A stretch of 64,000 nt of DNA, taken from NCBI GenBank assembly GCA_000004985.1, contig GG738877.1; one strand, 5' to 3'. The position numbers were made by a program, and so were the translations under genes. Positions within the stretch are counted from its first letter, which is position 1. Each line of letters begins with the position of its first letter. Source of the stretch: Naegleria gruberi. Taxonomy: Eukaryota. This document shows positions 32,424 to 43,201 of the stretch, piece after piece. The notes below the pieces were generated by a model. The model did no database searches, was not told where the DNA came from, and saw only the letters and a program-made list of their open reading frames with translations.

Positions 32424-33995
32424 TTAAGGACGAGAGCATCCATATCCAGATAGATTTTCTTCAATGTGCATTTGGAGTTTCATTCTTTCATTTCTTCTAA
32501 TAATTATAAAGAGCGCACATAACAATGGAATAAGAGTGGAACACAACACCCCACTCAAAACAGCAAATAAAATAGTTAAAGTATTACTGTTAACAAATGG
32601 CATGGCGTCAGCAAACTCCAAAGATGGAGTGAGTGTTATAATACAGGTATCATACTGGGGATTTTCTACAAGAATATAGCACCATATTGATCTAAGTTCA
32701 TCATTGTTATAGTAACCAGAAGACACAAACACTTTAGAATAATGTTGGTTACTTGGAATAGTATCTGTTGCAAGATAAATTGGCAATCCATCTGTTAGTA
32801 ATGTTGTGTCAGGAAAATTAACTTGTATCAATAGCCTGTATCCTCTTGGAATAAGTATTTTGAAAGCCTTTGATCCACCTTTAGATAAGTTAATCCTTTC
32901 AGCAGTGTTTCCTTCTAATAAGGCTGGAATCATTGAAGAGGAAATAGTAGGAATGTAGGCTGACTTGACTGCTATAAACATGTCATGATCGACATTGTAT
33001 TCTTGATTGAATAGACATGTCAAGGAGGTTGTTTCATCATTAAATCGTGATTCAAGTTGGTGAATCTTTCCTTCTATAAGGAACATGCATGTAAGTGACT
33101 CAAACGACATCTCAATTAAGTTGTTGCTTATATCGAAATCATATTTCGCTCTATTGAATCCAATATCAATTGTTGCTTCTGTCAAATTCAGAGGTTGGTT
33201 GAATAATGAAACTTGGAATCTTGCTAAAATGTAATAGCCCTCTGGTATGTCGCTATATGATACATAGTATCTACCAACAGATATAAAGGGAGATAAGGTT
33301 GGCGCAACGTAAGCAGCCTTTGGGAAGGTATATAATACAGATTTGATATTGTTGGTACACATAAAAGAAATGCTTCTTGGGTAGTGTATCGAAACAGATC
33401 TATCAAACTTAACGTTTTGTACGTCTTTAAATACAAATACTCCAAATATGAAGGAGTCATAAAGATCAATAGTGGTTGTGAAACGAGTTCCTTTCTGTGA
33501 AAAAGTCCCAGGATATTTACATGAATTATCTTGTGCATTATAGAGAGCTATCCAATACGAATACGGATCCAAGTTGAAGAAGGTGGGAACATGTGACTCC
33601 ACACCAATTTCCAAGCTTAAAGAATTCTGATTGAGATCGATCTGAGTCAAGTTTAATGAATAGAAAGCTATTTCACGGAAGGGTTTAGGGAGGATAGGAA
33701 GTGTACACTTTGATTTTAAGGAAATCTGATTCAGTGATATGTTTCCTTTCAGCATTGAATTGTCGGGAAGTGAAAAAAGGAGAGAAAACTTTAAACTATT
33801 AAAATCATATCTGACTGGCATCTCCCTACTTAAAGGATAAGATTTTTCCATATAGGTATCTTTAAATGTACAACTTGTTGCTTCTTGACCTGCAACAATA
33901 AGGCTTATTGAATAAATAACAAACTGTAGAAAGAGTAGTATGGAAAAACAACCTCCAGACTTCCCTTTAAGTGATGAAGAAGGAGTGAAGGCCAT
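32424..33995 (-). CDS. 523-aa type I membrane glycoprotein: signal peptide, about 440-aa N-glycosylated ectodomain, one C-terminal TM helix and a short basic tail. Lineage-specific, function unknown.
   Basis: Intronless ORF with ATG at 33995. Signal-like segment is ILLFLQFVIYSISLIVAG. There are many N-x-S/T sites. C-terminal TM is LTILFAVLSGVLCSTLIPLLCALFIII, followed by RRNERMK. Confidence 0.5.
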   Translation of the reverse strand: MAFTPSSSLKGKSGGCFSILLFLQFVIYSISLIVAGQEATSCTFKDTYMEKSYPLSREMPVRYDFNSLKFSLLFSLPDNSMLKGNISLNQISLKSKCTLPILPKPFREIAFYSLNLTQIDLNQNSLSLEIGVESHVPTFFNLDPYSYWIALYNAQDNSCKYPGTFSQKGTRFTTTIDLYDSFIFGVFVFKDVQNVKFDRSVSIHYPRSISFMCTNNIKSVLYTFPKAAYVAPTLSPFISVGRYYVSYSDIPEGYYILARFQVSLFNQPLNLTEATIDIGFNRAKYDFDISNNLIEMSFESLTCMFLIEGKIHQLESRFNDETTSLTCLFNQEYNVDHDMFIAVKSAYIPTISSSMIPALLEGNTAERINLSKGGSKAFKILIPRGYRLLIQVNFPDTTLLTDGLPIYLATDTIPSNQHYSKVFVSSGYYNNDELRSIWCYILVENPQYDTCIITLTPSLEFADAMPFVNSNTLTILFAVLSGVLCSTLIPLLCALFIIIRRNERMKLQMHIEENLSGYGCSRP

Positions 33996-34310
33996 TTTTT
34001 TGTGGCGTAAACACCCAGCGCGTCATTCTCACAATTATTTTACAGCCTTTGTACAGGGATCTAAGGGGCGACTAACCAGGTTTGTGTTTTAAGAGTAAAA
34101 AGTAGCTTAATTGGCGAACGAAAAAATCTTCTATGAAATGGAATCCAAAATCCGTAAATCGAAATGATGAAAATTTAAAAGAATATTATGTTTGATAATA
34201 ACTACATCAAAACACAGAATAATATTGTTATTTAAATTAATTATTAAATTGATGATGTAACAAATCTATTAAAATGATGCAAAGAGGCTTCTAAAACAAA
34301 ATCTAAAAAA

Positions 34311-35810
34311 ATGCAACCTGAGAAAAAGCGTCTGTGCTTTGAGGTGTCCCCGATGTGGACAATTATTTTTCTGTATCTTGTTTTAGCTGGTGTGTTTGGT
34401 GTTCTTGCGATCGGAGGCATATTTGGACCACCTGCTGTTGAAATTGTTGATGATAAACCATTGAATCTTGAACCATCAGTTTTTAAAGAAGTTTTAGATG
34501 GTGATAAACCACTTATTGGATTTTTTGATGATCTCTCTGTTTTTAATGATGAAGTGATTTTTACCATGACTTTCTATCCAAATGAAAGTTTAATTAATTC
34601 GATCGGATTTGAAGACATTTTGGAATTGGAAGTTACATTAACCGGAACAGATTCACAAGGAAAAAAACATGATCTTACACCAACAACAACAAAGATTCAC
34701 AAGAGAGAATTAATTTGTCGTCAAGGCCAACAAACTTGTCAACCTGTTACTCTCTTCCAATTACCTTATGTTGCATATCCAAAATATGAAACAAGAATTT
34801 CCATCAAAAATCAAAAGAAGCAAGCTGAATTGGATTTCTTCGTTCCAAAATTATATTTCAGTTATATGAGTATGAATGATAGTTTTGTCAAATTTGAAAT
34901 TGGTATGTATATTAATGATCAAAACACATCAACTAACTTGAATAGCTTTTAGATATGTCTTCTTATTCTTTAACATTCTTATATATGCTCTCTTTGTTGG
35001 ATTTACTAGATTCAAGCAACCATTCTCTGTATGGCACACTGAACAAAAGTGGATTGCTCTCATTTTGGGATTCTTGGTTCTCTATAATAGTAAGTAGTAT
35101 TTGATTTCAATTCTAAAACTGTTTTAGACCCTGTTTATGTCCTGCAATATATTTCTGATATCTGGCTATTCAGTTTGATTAATATTGTCTTTAGAGTTAC
35201 ATATATTTCACTTATTTTGTTCAGCTTTTTGGTATTTGCTCATTCCATTTATACAAAGGAAGAGAATCGTAGTGTATTTACATTCTATTTCCCAAAGGGT
35301 ATTTTAATTACCTCATTGTGGATTCTTACAACTGTTTCATTCATTATGGTCAGTCTTAACAAGCAATTTGATACAGTTTACTCATTTGAAGAATTGACAT
35401 ACCACAATTATATTACCGCAGCTATAATATTCTTATTAGCTCTATATATTTTACAACTTTTATATTATATTATTAGAGGTGTTGGAATGATGGGTGACCT
35501 TCCAACAAAGTATTCTTCCAAATTTAAGGTTATTTATGGTGTCACACTTTTTGTGCTCTTTATTGCTATTGCAACATCAGTTATTTCATATTCTCTTGGA
35601 AAGCTTACATCCTTCTTATTCTTGGCTAGTCATGCCTTGTTGAATTTGTGGCCATTTGCATTGGCTATCTTCTTCCTTCCTTCAAATGAAAAACACATTG
35701 GAGAAGATAGAGATGAAATCAGAATCCTCCAAGGCGCTGATGAAGATGATGATGAAGAACTCGAATTACGAAATGAGGATGAGCAAAGTGATGATCAAAA
35801 CGAAGAATGA
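34311..35810 (+). CDS. Multi-pass membrane protein of the TMEM181/Wntless-like family. It has an N-terminal TM, a luminal beta-rich domain, about 7 TM helices and an acidic C-terminal tail. Three exons.
   Basis: Exon 1 is 34311-34906. A 46-nt intron at 34907-34952 uses a GTATAT donor. Exon 2 is 34953-35089, followed by a 38-nt intron at 35090-35127. Exon 3 is 35128-35810. The splice restores the FSVWHTEQKWIALILGFLVLYN TM segment. Family assignment rests on topology only. Confidence 0.5.
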
Positions 35811-35876
35811 GTGTATTTATAAAATTTAATTTCAATCTATTTACATTGTTATTTAATATTTACATACTTTACACAA

Positions 35877-37298
35877 TTATTCTTGATTCAATAACTTTTC
35901 ATAATCTACACCCCTATCTCTATAAAATTCAAAAACAATTGGATTCATAAGACTGAAATACAATGGTGGAATGAAAGAGATTAAAATCATGGTTGAATAG
36001 CCGAATGGTAGTTTTGGAGATTTCTCATAAACTCTCAATTTGTAATATTCTCTGGTTGCATAGAAATGATGATCTGCATGGAAAACAATATTGAAATAGG
36101 CATAACTACTCATTCTAAACAAGGCATCAAAGCTATGAGTTTCATTCACTGGTTCATACTCACCATCATCCCTCAATTTTCTCTTCAATCCATAATGTTC
36201 AATATAATTCACACATTCAATAAGAATAATGGCAATCAATGCAGTAAGCAAGTAGGAACTCAAACCCAAAGTACCAAACTTGTAAAATACAAACGAGGCA
36301 AACAATACCAATGAAACAGTACTCCAGAACATTTCTGAGAAGAGTAAACTTGGAAGTGTTGTGTTAAATCTTCTTCTCCTTCTTTCTCTATGCTCAGTAT
36401 CAATGTGCCAAGCATTCATATATCCACCAATACAAGATCTCACAGCAAAATTGTAAAGATTTTCTCCAAATCTTGCAGTGGCAGCATCTTGAGGAGTTGC
36501 TGCTTTCTTATGATGAGAATAAACATGTTCCAGAGGGAAATGTAAATAACCATGGAAAATTAAAATAATCCTAGCACATAAATTCTCAATGAAGGTTCTC
36601 TTATGAAGTAAATCATGAGAAACTGCTCCTGATTGACCCAAAGCAACACCCAATGAAATTGAATGCATGAGAAATTGTTCAGCAGTCAACAAGTGAACTC
36701 TACTCAAAGAATAGAAAAACAAACAAGTTAATGAAATCGTATAAATGATTGGAACCATTCTATACAGGGTACTATAGTCTCTTGTTTGTGAGTCAATTTC
36801 CTTCTTATCATGTTCTTGATTCATATAGACGTACTCCTTTCCATTGTAAAAATAGTCAATCATTGGAATGATTACAAAACCAAATAATGGACCAGCCAGA
36901 AATGAAGTACAAATTACAGTTTCATCAGAAGGAAAATACTCTGAAATTATAACAGAAATGTTGTGATTATTAATAGTAGGAATCATTATAGTCTCTGGAA
37001 TTGTTGTAATTGTTTTATGAATGAAAGACAACGGCTGAGTAATGATATGTTTACGAAGAGGATGATCAACACTTTGAGATAAAGCCCACCACGAGAATGC
37101 ATGTAAACAAACAAGAATATGAATGTTAATCAAGTAGAGAATTGGGTTATTCCACAAGGGTGGATTTTGACTTGTAACATTTGAGTTGTTATTTACAATA
37201 TCACCACCACCAACTTGTGATAATTCATCATGATTATTTTGATGAATTTCATGAGTCAATGCACCATTCTCATTCTTCTGGGTTGTTGATATCAACAT
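35877..37298 (-). CDS. Integral-membrane di-iron alkane 1-monooxygenase (AlkB) family hydroxylase homologue. Intronless.
   Basis: All four AlkB histidine boxes are present in order: HDLLHKR, EHVYSHHKK, NYIEHYGL (identical to the AlkB motif C consensus) and HADHH. Several TM helices lie upstream of the boxes. The N-terminal 60 aa are N/Q-rich and eukaryote-like. Confidence 0.75.
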   Translation of the reverse strand: MLISTTQKNENGALTHEIHQNNHDELSQVGGGDIVNNNSNVTSQNPPLWNNPILYLINIHILVCLHAFSWWALSQSVDHPLRKHIITQPLSFIHKTITTIPETIMIPTINNHNISVIISEYFPSDETVICTSFLAGPLFGFVIIPMIDYFYNGKEYVYMNQEHDKKEIDSQTRDYSTLYRMVPIIYTISLTCLFFYSLSRVHLLTAEQFLMHSISLGVALGQSGAVSHDLLHKRTFIENLCARIILIFHGYLHFPLEHVYSHHKKAATPQDAATARFGENLYNFAVRSCIGGYMNAWHIDTEHRERRRRRFNTTLPSLLFSEMFWSTVSLVLFASFVFYKFGTLGLSSYLLTALIAIILIECVNYIEHYGLKRKLRDDGEYEPVNETHSFDALFRMSSYAYFNIVFHADHHFYATREYYKLRVYEKSPKLPFGYSTMILISFIPPLYFSLMNPIVFEFYRDRGVDYEKLLNQE

Positions 37299-38041
37299 AT
37301 TTACAAGATCCTCTTCTTATTCCTTACTTCCTCCAGAGTGGTGGTTTGAGTGTTTGAGTGCTTGTTGTATTTTGTAAAATAACCGAAAAAAATTGAGCTT
37401 GGCAGTGAGATTGAGTGTTGATTTGATTTTTTAGTTTGATTTATCTCTAGATGGATATTTGCCAAACTTTAATCTCGATTGAGATTGCATGGCGGAAGAG
37501 ATGTCCTCTCTCTAATTGGTTCGATAACCGAGTGAATGTTGAGCATAAATATAAATAGAGTGAATACTCGTCAATTGTGCATAATGATAATAATCGATGT
37601 TATCTTTAATTTGATTGGATTGAAATGTCTTCAACACGTTTTGCATTCGAAAGGAGTTTGATTCTTTTTTACAAATTGAAAGAGACTTTAAATCAAAATA
37701 GGAAATATTAAAAGAACATTGAACATTGGGGTGCTGTTTTTATTTTTAAAGAGAGAACATATTGAATAAGGCACATCATTGTCTGTAAGGCGTTTAACAT
37801 GATTTTGAAATTCACATTCCCTCGAAGAAGATGATGATTAGTATTTGGCTCCTCTTTAGTATTGGGTGTGAACATTTGTTATTGACCTTCGAAATTAATA
37901 AGGGTCCAAAAAATTGAGTTTCCTCCTTTTTTGTGAACAAATTATTAAAGATTGCAGAGTTAGTGCAATTTCAAAGTTCACAAATGGTGCTATTTTAAAA
38001 TTGCATTCAAACTGGAAATCAATAAAAAACAAAAGAAAAAA

Positions 38042-39451
38042 ATGAAAGACTTTGAAAAAGCAGAGCTTCCCTTTGATATTGTTCCAACTTCTGATCACTT
38101 TGATTATTTAGAAGCCTTGCAAAATGAAGAATATTATAACAAGGGAATTATTTTACAAATTATCTTTGAAAAGGAGAAGGAAGAATTTCCATCAAAAGTA
38201 TTCTCCGATTTGATGAATAGATTGGTGTTGAGAACAGATAGTTCGGTTCTCACTATTTTGTGTCCATTGTTTTCTATTGAGATGCCGAAGGGTAATTCAA
38301 AGTTTACAACTGTTCGGGATTTGTTACTTGCTATCAAATATTCAATTGATGATATGCCATCTAGTATTCAAAGTCAACTCTTGCCAAAGATTGGTGTATT
38401 TTCTGAAATTGTTAACAATGTAGATTATGTTCCTGATTGGTTCAAATTGATTATTGAAGATCCACTTGGAAATTCAAGAATTCAATGTAATAGAATAGAA
38501 AACATTTCAACATTGAAGGATTGTTACGATAGTGATCCAAATGTTCATGCTGATTTCTTTACTCGTACAGAAGCTGATTGTCTTGAATTTGATTTGATTT
38601 TGGAAATTGAAGAAAGACCAAACACACTTTATGGAGATAACGCTTTAGAAAAGATTATTGAACTCATTCAAAATTCATCTAAAATTTTGGGATTGACAGG
38701 AGCAGGTATTTCTGTTGAAAGTGGAATTTCTGCCTTTAGAAACAGTGGCAATAGTCAATTGCAAAATATTTGGGAAAAGTGGAATCAAGATGAAATGACC
38801 TACCAGAATATTCTTTCTAAAAAAAAGATAAGAGACGATTACTTTGAGATGCATGCGTTCTTGAAGGAACAAATTTCCAAGGCAGAACCAAATGGCTCTC
38901 ATCACTTGTTCGCTCAACTCAAGGAGAAAGGAAAGTTGTTGAAAGTTATCACTCAAAATATTGATGGCATGCATCAAAAAGCTGGACTTTCAGATGACAA
39001 AGTTATTGAAATTCATGGCAGCTCCAGAGGAGTTGTTTGTACCAAATGTCGTACATTGGTCGAAGATCCAGAGAAGATTTACAGTCAAGTCAAGGATTGT
39101 GTCTTAGAAGGAAAATCTTTGCCAGATGAACTGGTAACATGCAAATGTGGAGGTGTTTTGAAACCAAATACAATCTCATTCGGTGAAGAATTACAAGATA
39201 GCAAATTAATTGAAGCAAGGCAACAATGTAGAGAATGTGATTTGATGATTATTATGGGAACAAGATTGTTGGTTTCACCAGTTAATCAATTACCAAAGTT
39301 GGTGGCTGCAAGAAATGTCCCAGTTGTCATTATTAACTTGGAGAGCACACCATTTGATAGAAATAGTGTTGCTGTCATGAACGGCAAGAGTGGTGAAACT
39401 TGTAATTATATTCTTCATCGTTTAACCTCTATCAACAATCAAGAACGATAG
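38042..39451 (+). CDS. NAD-dependent protein deacetylase, SIR2/sirtuin family, with an approximately 200-aa N-terminal extension. Intronless.
   Basis: Rossmann motif LTGAGISVESGISAFR and QNIDGMH are present. The Zn ribbon is CTKC...CKCGGVLKP, followed by FGE and MGTRLLVSPV. ATG at 38042. Confidence 0.85.
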   Translation: MKDFEKAELPFDIVPTSDHFDYLEALQNEEYYNKGIILQIIFEKEKEEFPSKVFSDLMNRLVLRTDSSVLTILCPLFSIEMPKGNSKFTTVRDLLLAIKYSIDDMPSSIQSQLLPKIGVFSEIVNNVDYVPDWFKLIIEDPLGNSRIQCNRIENISTLKDCYDSDPNVHADFFTRTEADCLEFDLILEIEERPNTLYGDNALEKIIELIQNSSKILGLTGAGISVESGISAFRNSGNSQLQNIWEKWNQDEMTYQNILSKKKIRDDYFEMHAFLKEQISKAEPNGSHHLFAQLKEKGKLLKVITQNIDGMHQKAGLSDDKVIEIHGSSRGVVCTKCRTLVEDPEKIYSQVKDCVLEGKSLPDELVTCKCGGVLKPNTISFGEELQDSKLIEARQQCRECDLMIIMGTRLLVSPVNQLPKLVAARNVPVVIINLESTPFDRNSVAVMNGKSGETCNYILHRLTSINNQER

Positions 39452-39540
39452 CAATAAAAAAGCTTATTCCTTTTTTCCAGCCAATTTACACTTCCAACAA
39501 TCAAAAGAATCGTTAAATTTTTAAAAACAAACACAAAAAA

Positions 39541-42500
39541 ATGAAGAGAAAACCAACTACACAGTCATCACAAGATCAAAAGAAGAATAGACAGAAAGAA
39601 CATGAATCGGTTATTTCGAAAGGAACACCTTCTGATTTTGATGAAGAGGAAGCCAACGAAGATATTGAAGACGATGAAAATATAATGGAAACTGAAAATA
39701 TGGAAGAAGACGAATATGATGATGATGATATTGTGAATACACAACTTACACAAGGATCATTAGAAGATTTAAAAAAGTATAAACCTGTAGCACCAAAATA
39801 TGCAAACTGGTCAAGACCACACCTCAGCAAGGATTCACTCTATGTAAAAGGCACAGCATCAATTGCTTTCCAACAAATGGATGCCGATTATACATTAGCC
39901 GAACAAAAACCAGGCTATCCAGGACCTGCATCAGGCAACGTACCTATTGTTCGTTTGTATGGTGTTACTGAAGAAGGGTTCTCTGTGGCATGTCACGTCA
40001 GAGGTTATACACCTTACTTTTATATTGAACAACCAGAAAATTTCAATCCTGATCAATGTAGAAACTTTGCACAATTTTTGAATGCTAGAATGTCCGAACG
40101 AGGTATCAAGAAGGCAGGTAAAGTTGACGAATATGTTGTGAATGTTAGTATTGAAAAGAAGAAGAGTTTGATGCATTATGCATTTGATACCAAAAAATCA
40201 TTTTTAAGAATTGAAGCTAGTATCCCTCCTATGGTTCCTCACATTAGAGAATTCCTTGAAAAGGGTTTTAACGTTCCTGGTATTGGGTTTAGAAAATTCC
40301 TCACATATGAAAGTAACGTTCTGTTTGTTTTACGTTGCATGATTGATTCGAATATTTTTGGTGCTAATTGGGTAGAGCTTCCAGCAGGTACATACAAGTG
40401 GAGAAATGAAAATGATAAGACTAGTCATGCTCAAATTGAAGTTGATATTTCATATGAAGATTTAATAAGTCATGCCCCAACAGAAGAAGGCTGGCACAAG
40501 ATTGCACCTCTCAGAACTCTTTCATTTGATATTGAATGTAAAGGTAAAGATGGTCACTTTCCTCAAGCTGAATCAGATCCTGTAATTGTTATTTCCAATT
40601 ATGTTACTGTTCAAGGTAAATCAGAACCACTCATCAAGAATATTTTGTGTTTAGGAGATTGTGCACCAATAGTTGGTGTAGAAATCCATTGTTTCAAGAC
40701 TGAAAAAGAAATGTTAGAAACTTGGAGAAATTTCGTTATTGGTATCGATCCTGATATTATTACAGGTTACAACGTTATTAACTTTGACTTACCTTATTTA
40801 ATTAACAGAGCCAAAGCTTTAAAGTCTGGTTCCTTCCCATTCCTTGGTCGTATTGCTGGTAAGAGATCTCAAATGAAAAATAGTACCTTTTCTTCAAAAG
40901 CATACGGTACCAGAGAAAGTAAGGATATTAATATTGAAGGTAGAATCCAACTCGACGTTATGCAAGCAATTCAAAGAGACCACAAACTTTCCTCATACAC
41001 TTTGAACTCGGTATCAGCTCATTTCCTTGGTGATCAAAAAGAAGAAGTTCACCACTCTATTATTTCTACACTTCATGAGGGTAGTGATGAAGATAGAAGA
41101 AGATTAGCTTCATACTGTCTTAAAGATGCTTTCCTTCCAATTAGACTTTTGGAGAAATTGTTGATTATTATTAATTATATTGAAATGGCTCGTGTTACTG
41201 GCATTCCAGTTTCTTTTATTTTAAAGAGAGGTCAGCAAATTAAGGTTATTTCTCAATTGTTGAGAAAAGCTAAGAAGGAAGAATATTTAATGCCAACTAT
41301 TTCTAAAAGTGGAAAGAAGGAATCACTTGATGAAGAAGGTGAAACATCAGAAGAGACTTATGAAGGTGGTTTCGTTTTGTCACCAAAAACTGGCTATTAT
41401 GACATTCCAATCACAACTCTTGACTTTGCTTCTCTGTATCCATCCATTATGATTGCTCACAATTTATGTTATACTACCCTCTTAAAGAAAGAAGATTTGG
41501 CCAAATTGAGTGAAGATCAATATGTAAAAACTCCTAGTGGTGACTATTTTATCAAGAGAGAAGTTCAACAAGGTTTACTTCCACTTGTTTTAGAAGAACT
41601 CTTACAGGCAAGAAAACAAGCTAAAAAGGATATGGACAAGGCAACCGATCCTCTTGAAAAGGCTGTTATGAATGGTAGACAGCTTGCCTTGAAGATCAGT
41701 GCCAACTCTGTGTACGGTTTCACTGGTGCCCAAGTCGGTATGCTTCCTTGTCTTGAAATTTCACAATCTGTAACTTCTTTTGGTAGAGAAATGATTCAAC
41801 ACACAAAGGAAATGGTTGAAGAAAATTATACTATTAAGAATGGTTATGAAACTAATGCTGTTGTTATTTATGGTGACACAGACTCTGTCATGGTAAAGTT
41901 TGGTACAAAGGATATCAGGAAAGCGATGGAACTTGGTCTTCATGCTTCTCAAGAAATTTCAAAGACTTTTGTCAAACCCATCAAACTTGAATTTGAAAAA
42001 GTTTATTATCCATATTTACTTTTGTCCAAGAAGAGATATGCTGGTTTGTTGTGGACAAAACCAGAAAAGTTCGATAAGATGGACGCTAAGGGTATTGTCA
42101 CAGTCAGAAGAGACAACTGTGCCTTGGTGAGAAACCTTGTAAATACTTGCCTCCATTTAATTTTGATTAAGAGGAGTATTGAATCTGCTGTAAATTATGC
42201 CAAATCAGTAATTTCTGATCTGTTGATGAACAGAATGGATATCAGTATGCTGGTTATTACAAAAGCTCTAGTCAAGAAGAGTGATAAATACAAAGCTAAA
42301 CAATCTCACGTTGAGCTTGCAGAAAGAATGAGTAAGAGAGATCCTTTAACTGCACCTCGTGTCGGTGACAGAATTCCATATGTTATAGTTAAAGCTCACA
42401 AAGGTGCTAAAGCTTATGAAAAGAGTGAAGATCCTATCTGGGTTTTAGAAAATAGTATTCCAATCGATGCACAATATTACTTGGAACATCAAATTAAGAA

Positions 42501-42936
42501 ACCTCTCGAACAAATTTTCCAACCTATTATTGATAACACACAATCACTCTTTAGTGGTGATCACACCAGACAAATTGCAGTACCAACACCTTCCAAAGGA
42601 GGTATTATGAAGTTTGCTCAAAAGCAATTAAGATGTCTTGGATGTAAAGTTGTTCTTCCAAAGAATGGTGGTACAACAATTTGTTCTGATTGTTCTCAAA
42701 AAGGTGTAGCTCCAAAAATTTATGAATCTGCCATCAATAAGAGAAACCACTATGAAGATATTTACAGTAGAGTTTGGACTCACTGCCAAAGATGCCAAGG
42801 TAGTTTGCACTCTGATGTTCTTTGTACAAATAGAGATTGTCCAGTCTTTTATATGAGAAAGAAAGTACAAAAAGAATTGGCAGACAATCAAGAAATTCTT
42901 AACCGATTCGATGAAGAAGTTATTCATGATTTTTAA
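39541..42936 (+). CDS. pold1: DNA polymerase delta catalytic subunit (B-family polymerase, POLD1/Pol3), 1131 aa. Intronless.
   Basis: Exonuclease motifs are FDIEC and YNVINFDLPYL. Polymerase motifs are DFASLYPSIMIAHNLCYTT, KISANSVYG and YGDTDS. The C-terminal CysA/CysB zinc modules are CLGCK...CSDCS and CQRCQG...CTNRDC. Confidence 0.95.
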   Translation: MKRKPTTQSSQDQKKNRQKEHESVISKGTPSDFDEEEANEDIEDDENIMETENMEEDEYDDDDIVNTQLTQGSLEDLKKYKPVAPKYANWSRPHLSKDSLYVKGTASIAFQQMDADYTLAEQKPGYPGPASGNVPIVRLYGVTEEGFSVACHVRGYTPYFYIEQPENFNPDQCRNFAQFLNARMSERGIKKAGKVDEYVVNVSIEKKKSLMHYAFDTKKSFLRIEASIPPMVPHIREFLEKGFNVPGIGFRKFLTYESNVLFVLRCMIDSNIFGANWVELPAGTYKWRNENDKTSHAQIEVDISYEDLISHAPTEEGWHKIAPLRTLSFDIECKGKDGHFPQAESDPVIVISNYVTVQGKSEPLIKNILCLGDCAPIVGVEIHCFKTEKEMLETWRNFVIGIDPDIITGYNVINFDLPYLINRAKALKSGSFPFLGRIAGKRSQMKNSTFSSKAYGTRESKDINIEGRIQLDVMQAIQRDHKLSSYTLNSVSAHFLGDQKEEVHHSIISTLHEGSDEDRRRLASYCLKDAFLPIRLLEKLLIIINYIEMARVTGIPVSFILKRGQQIKVISQLLRKAKKEEYLMPTISKSGKKESLDEEGETSEETYEGGFVLSPKTGYYDIPITTLDFASLYPSIMIAHNLCYTTLLKKEDLAKLSEDQYVKTPSGDYFIKREVQQGLLPLVLEELLQARKQAKKDMDKATDPLEKAVMNGRQLALKISANSVYGFTGAQVGMLPCLEISQSVTSFGREMIQHTKEMVEENYTIKNGYETNAVVIYGDTDSVMVKFGTKDIRKAMELGLHASQEISKTFVKPIKLEFEKVYYPYLLLSKKRYAGLLWTKPEKFDKMDAKGIVTVRRDNCALVRNLVNTCLHLILIKRSIESAVNYAKSVISDLLMNRMDISMLVITKALVKKSDKYKAKQSHVELAERMSKRDPLTAPRVGDRIPYVIVKAHKGAKAYEKSEDPIWVLENSIPIDAQYYLEHQIKKPLEQIFQPIIDNTQSLFSGDHTRQIAVPTPSKGGIMKFAQKQLRCLGCKVVLPKNGGTTICSDCSQKGVAPKIYESAINKRNHYEDIYSRVWTHCQRCQGSLHSDVLCTNRDCPVFYMRKKVQKELADNQEILNRFDEEVIHDF

Positions 42937-43201
42937 TCTCATGGTGTTGATTGTATCTCACCTAAACGAATTCAAAATAATGAATAAGACAACTACTTAG
43001 ATAAATTTCCATTTAAATTATTAAACCCATCTTACAATAGATTTCCTCAAATCCATTTCACTAACTTGTAAAATCTGATTGGTGTTGCTTTACTTTCAAT
43101 ACCTTTAGATATTTCCAATTTTATTTGGAGATGACTTAATCGTTTCGAATAAACATAATCACCATTCGGAGAGACATGTTGTTCATTATGTATAAATAAT
43201 T

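Noticed and set aside
37490-37560. tRNA-like 'GGTTCGATAACC' motif in the alkB-sirtuin spacer
   Set aside because: The flanks cannot be folded into a 7-bp acceptor stem, D-arm and anticodon arm. The T-stem would be only 4 bp with a 4-nt loop. This is most likely chance similarity, and no tRNA is called.
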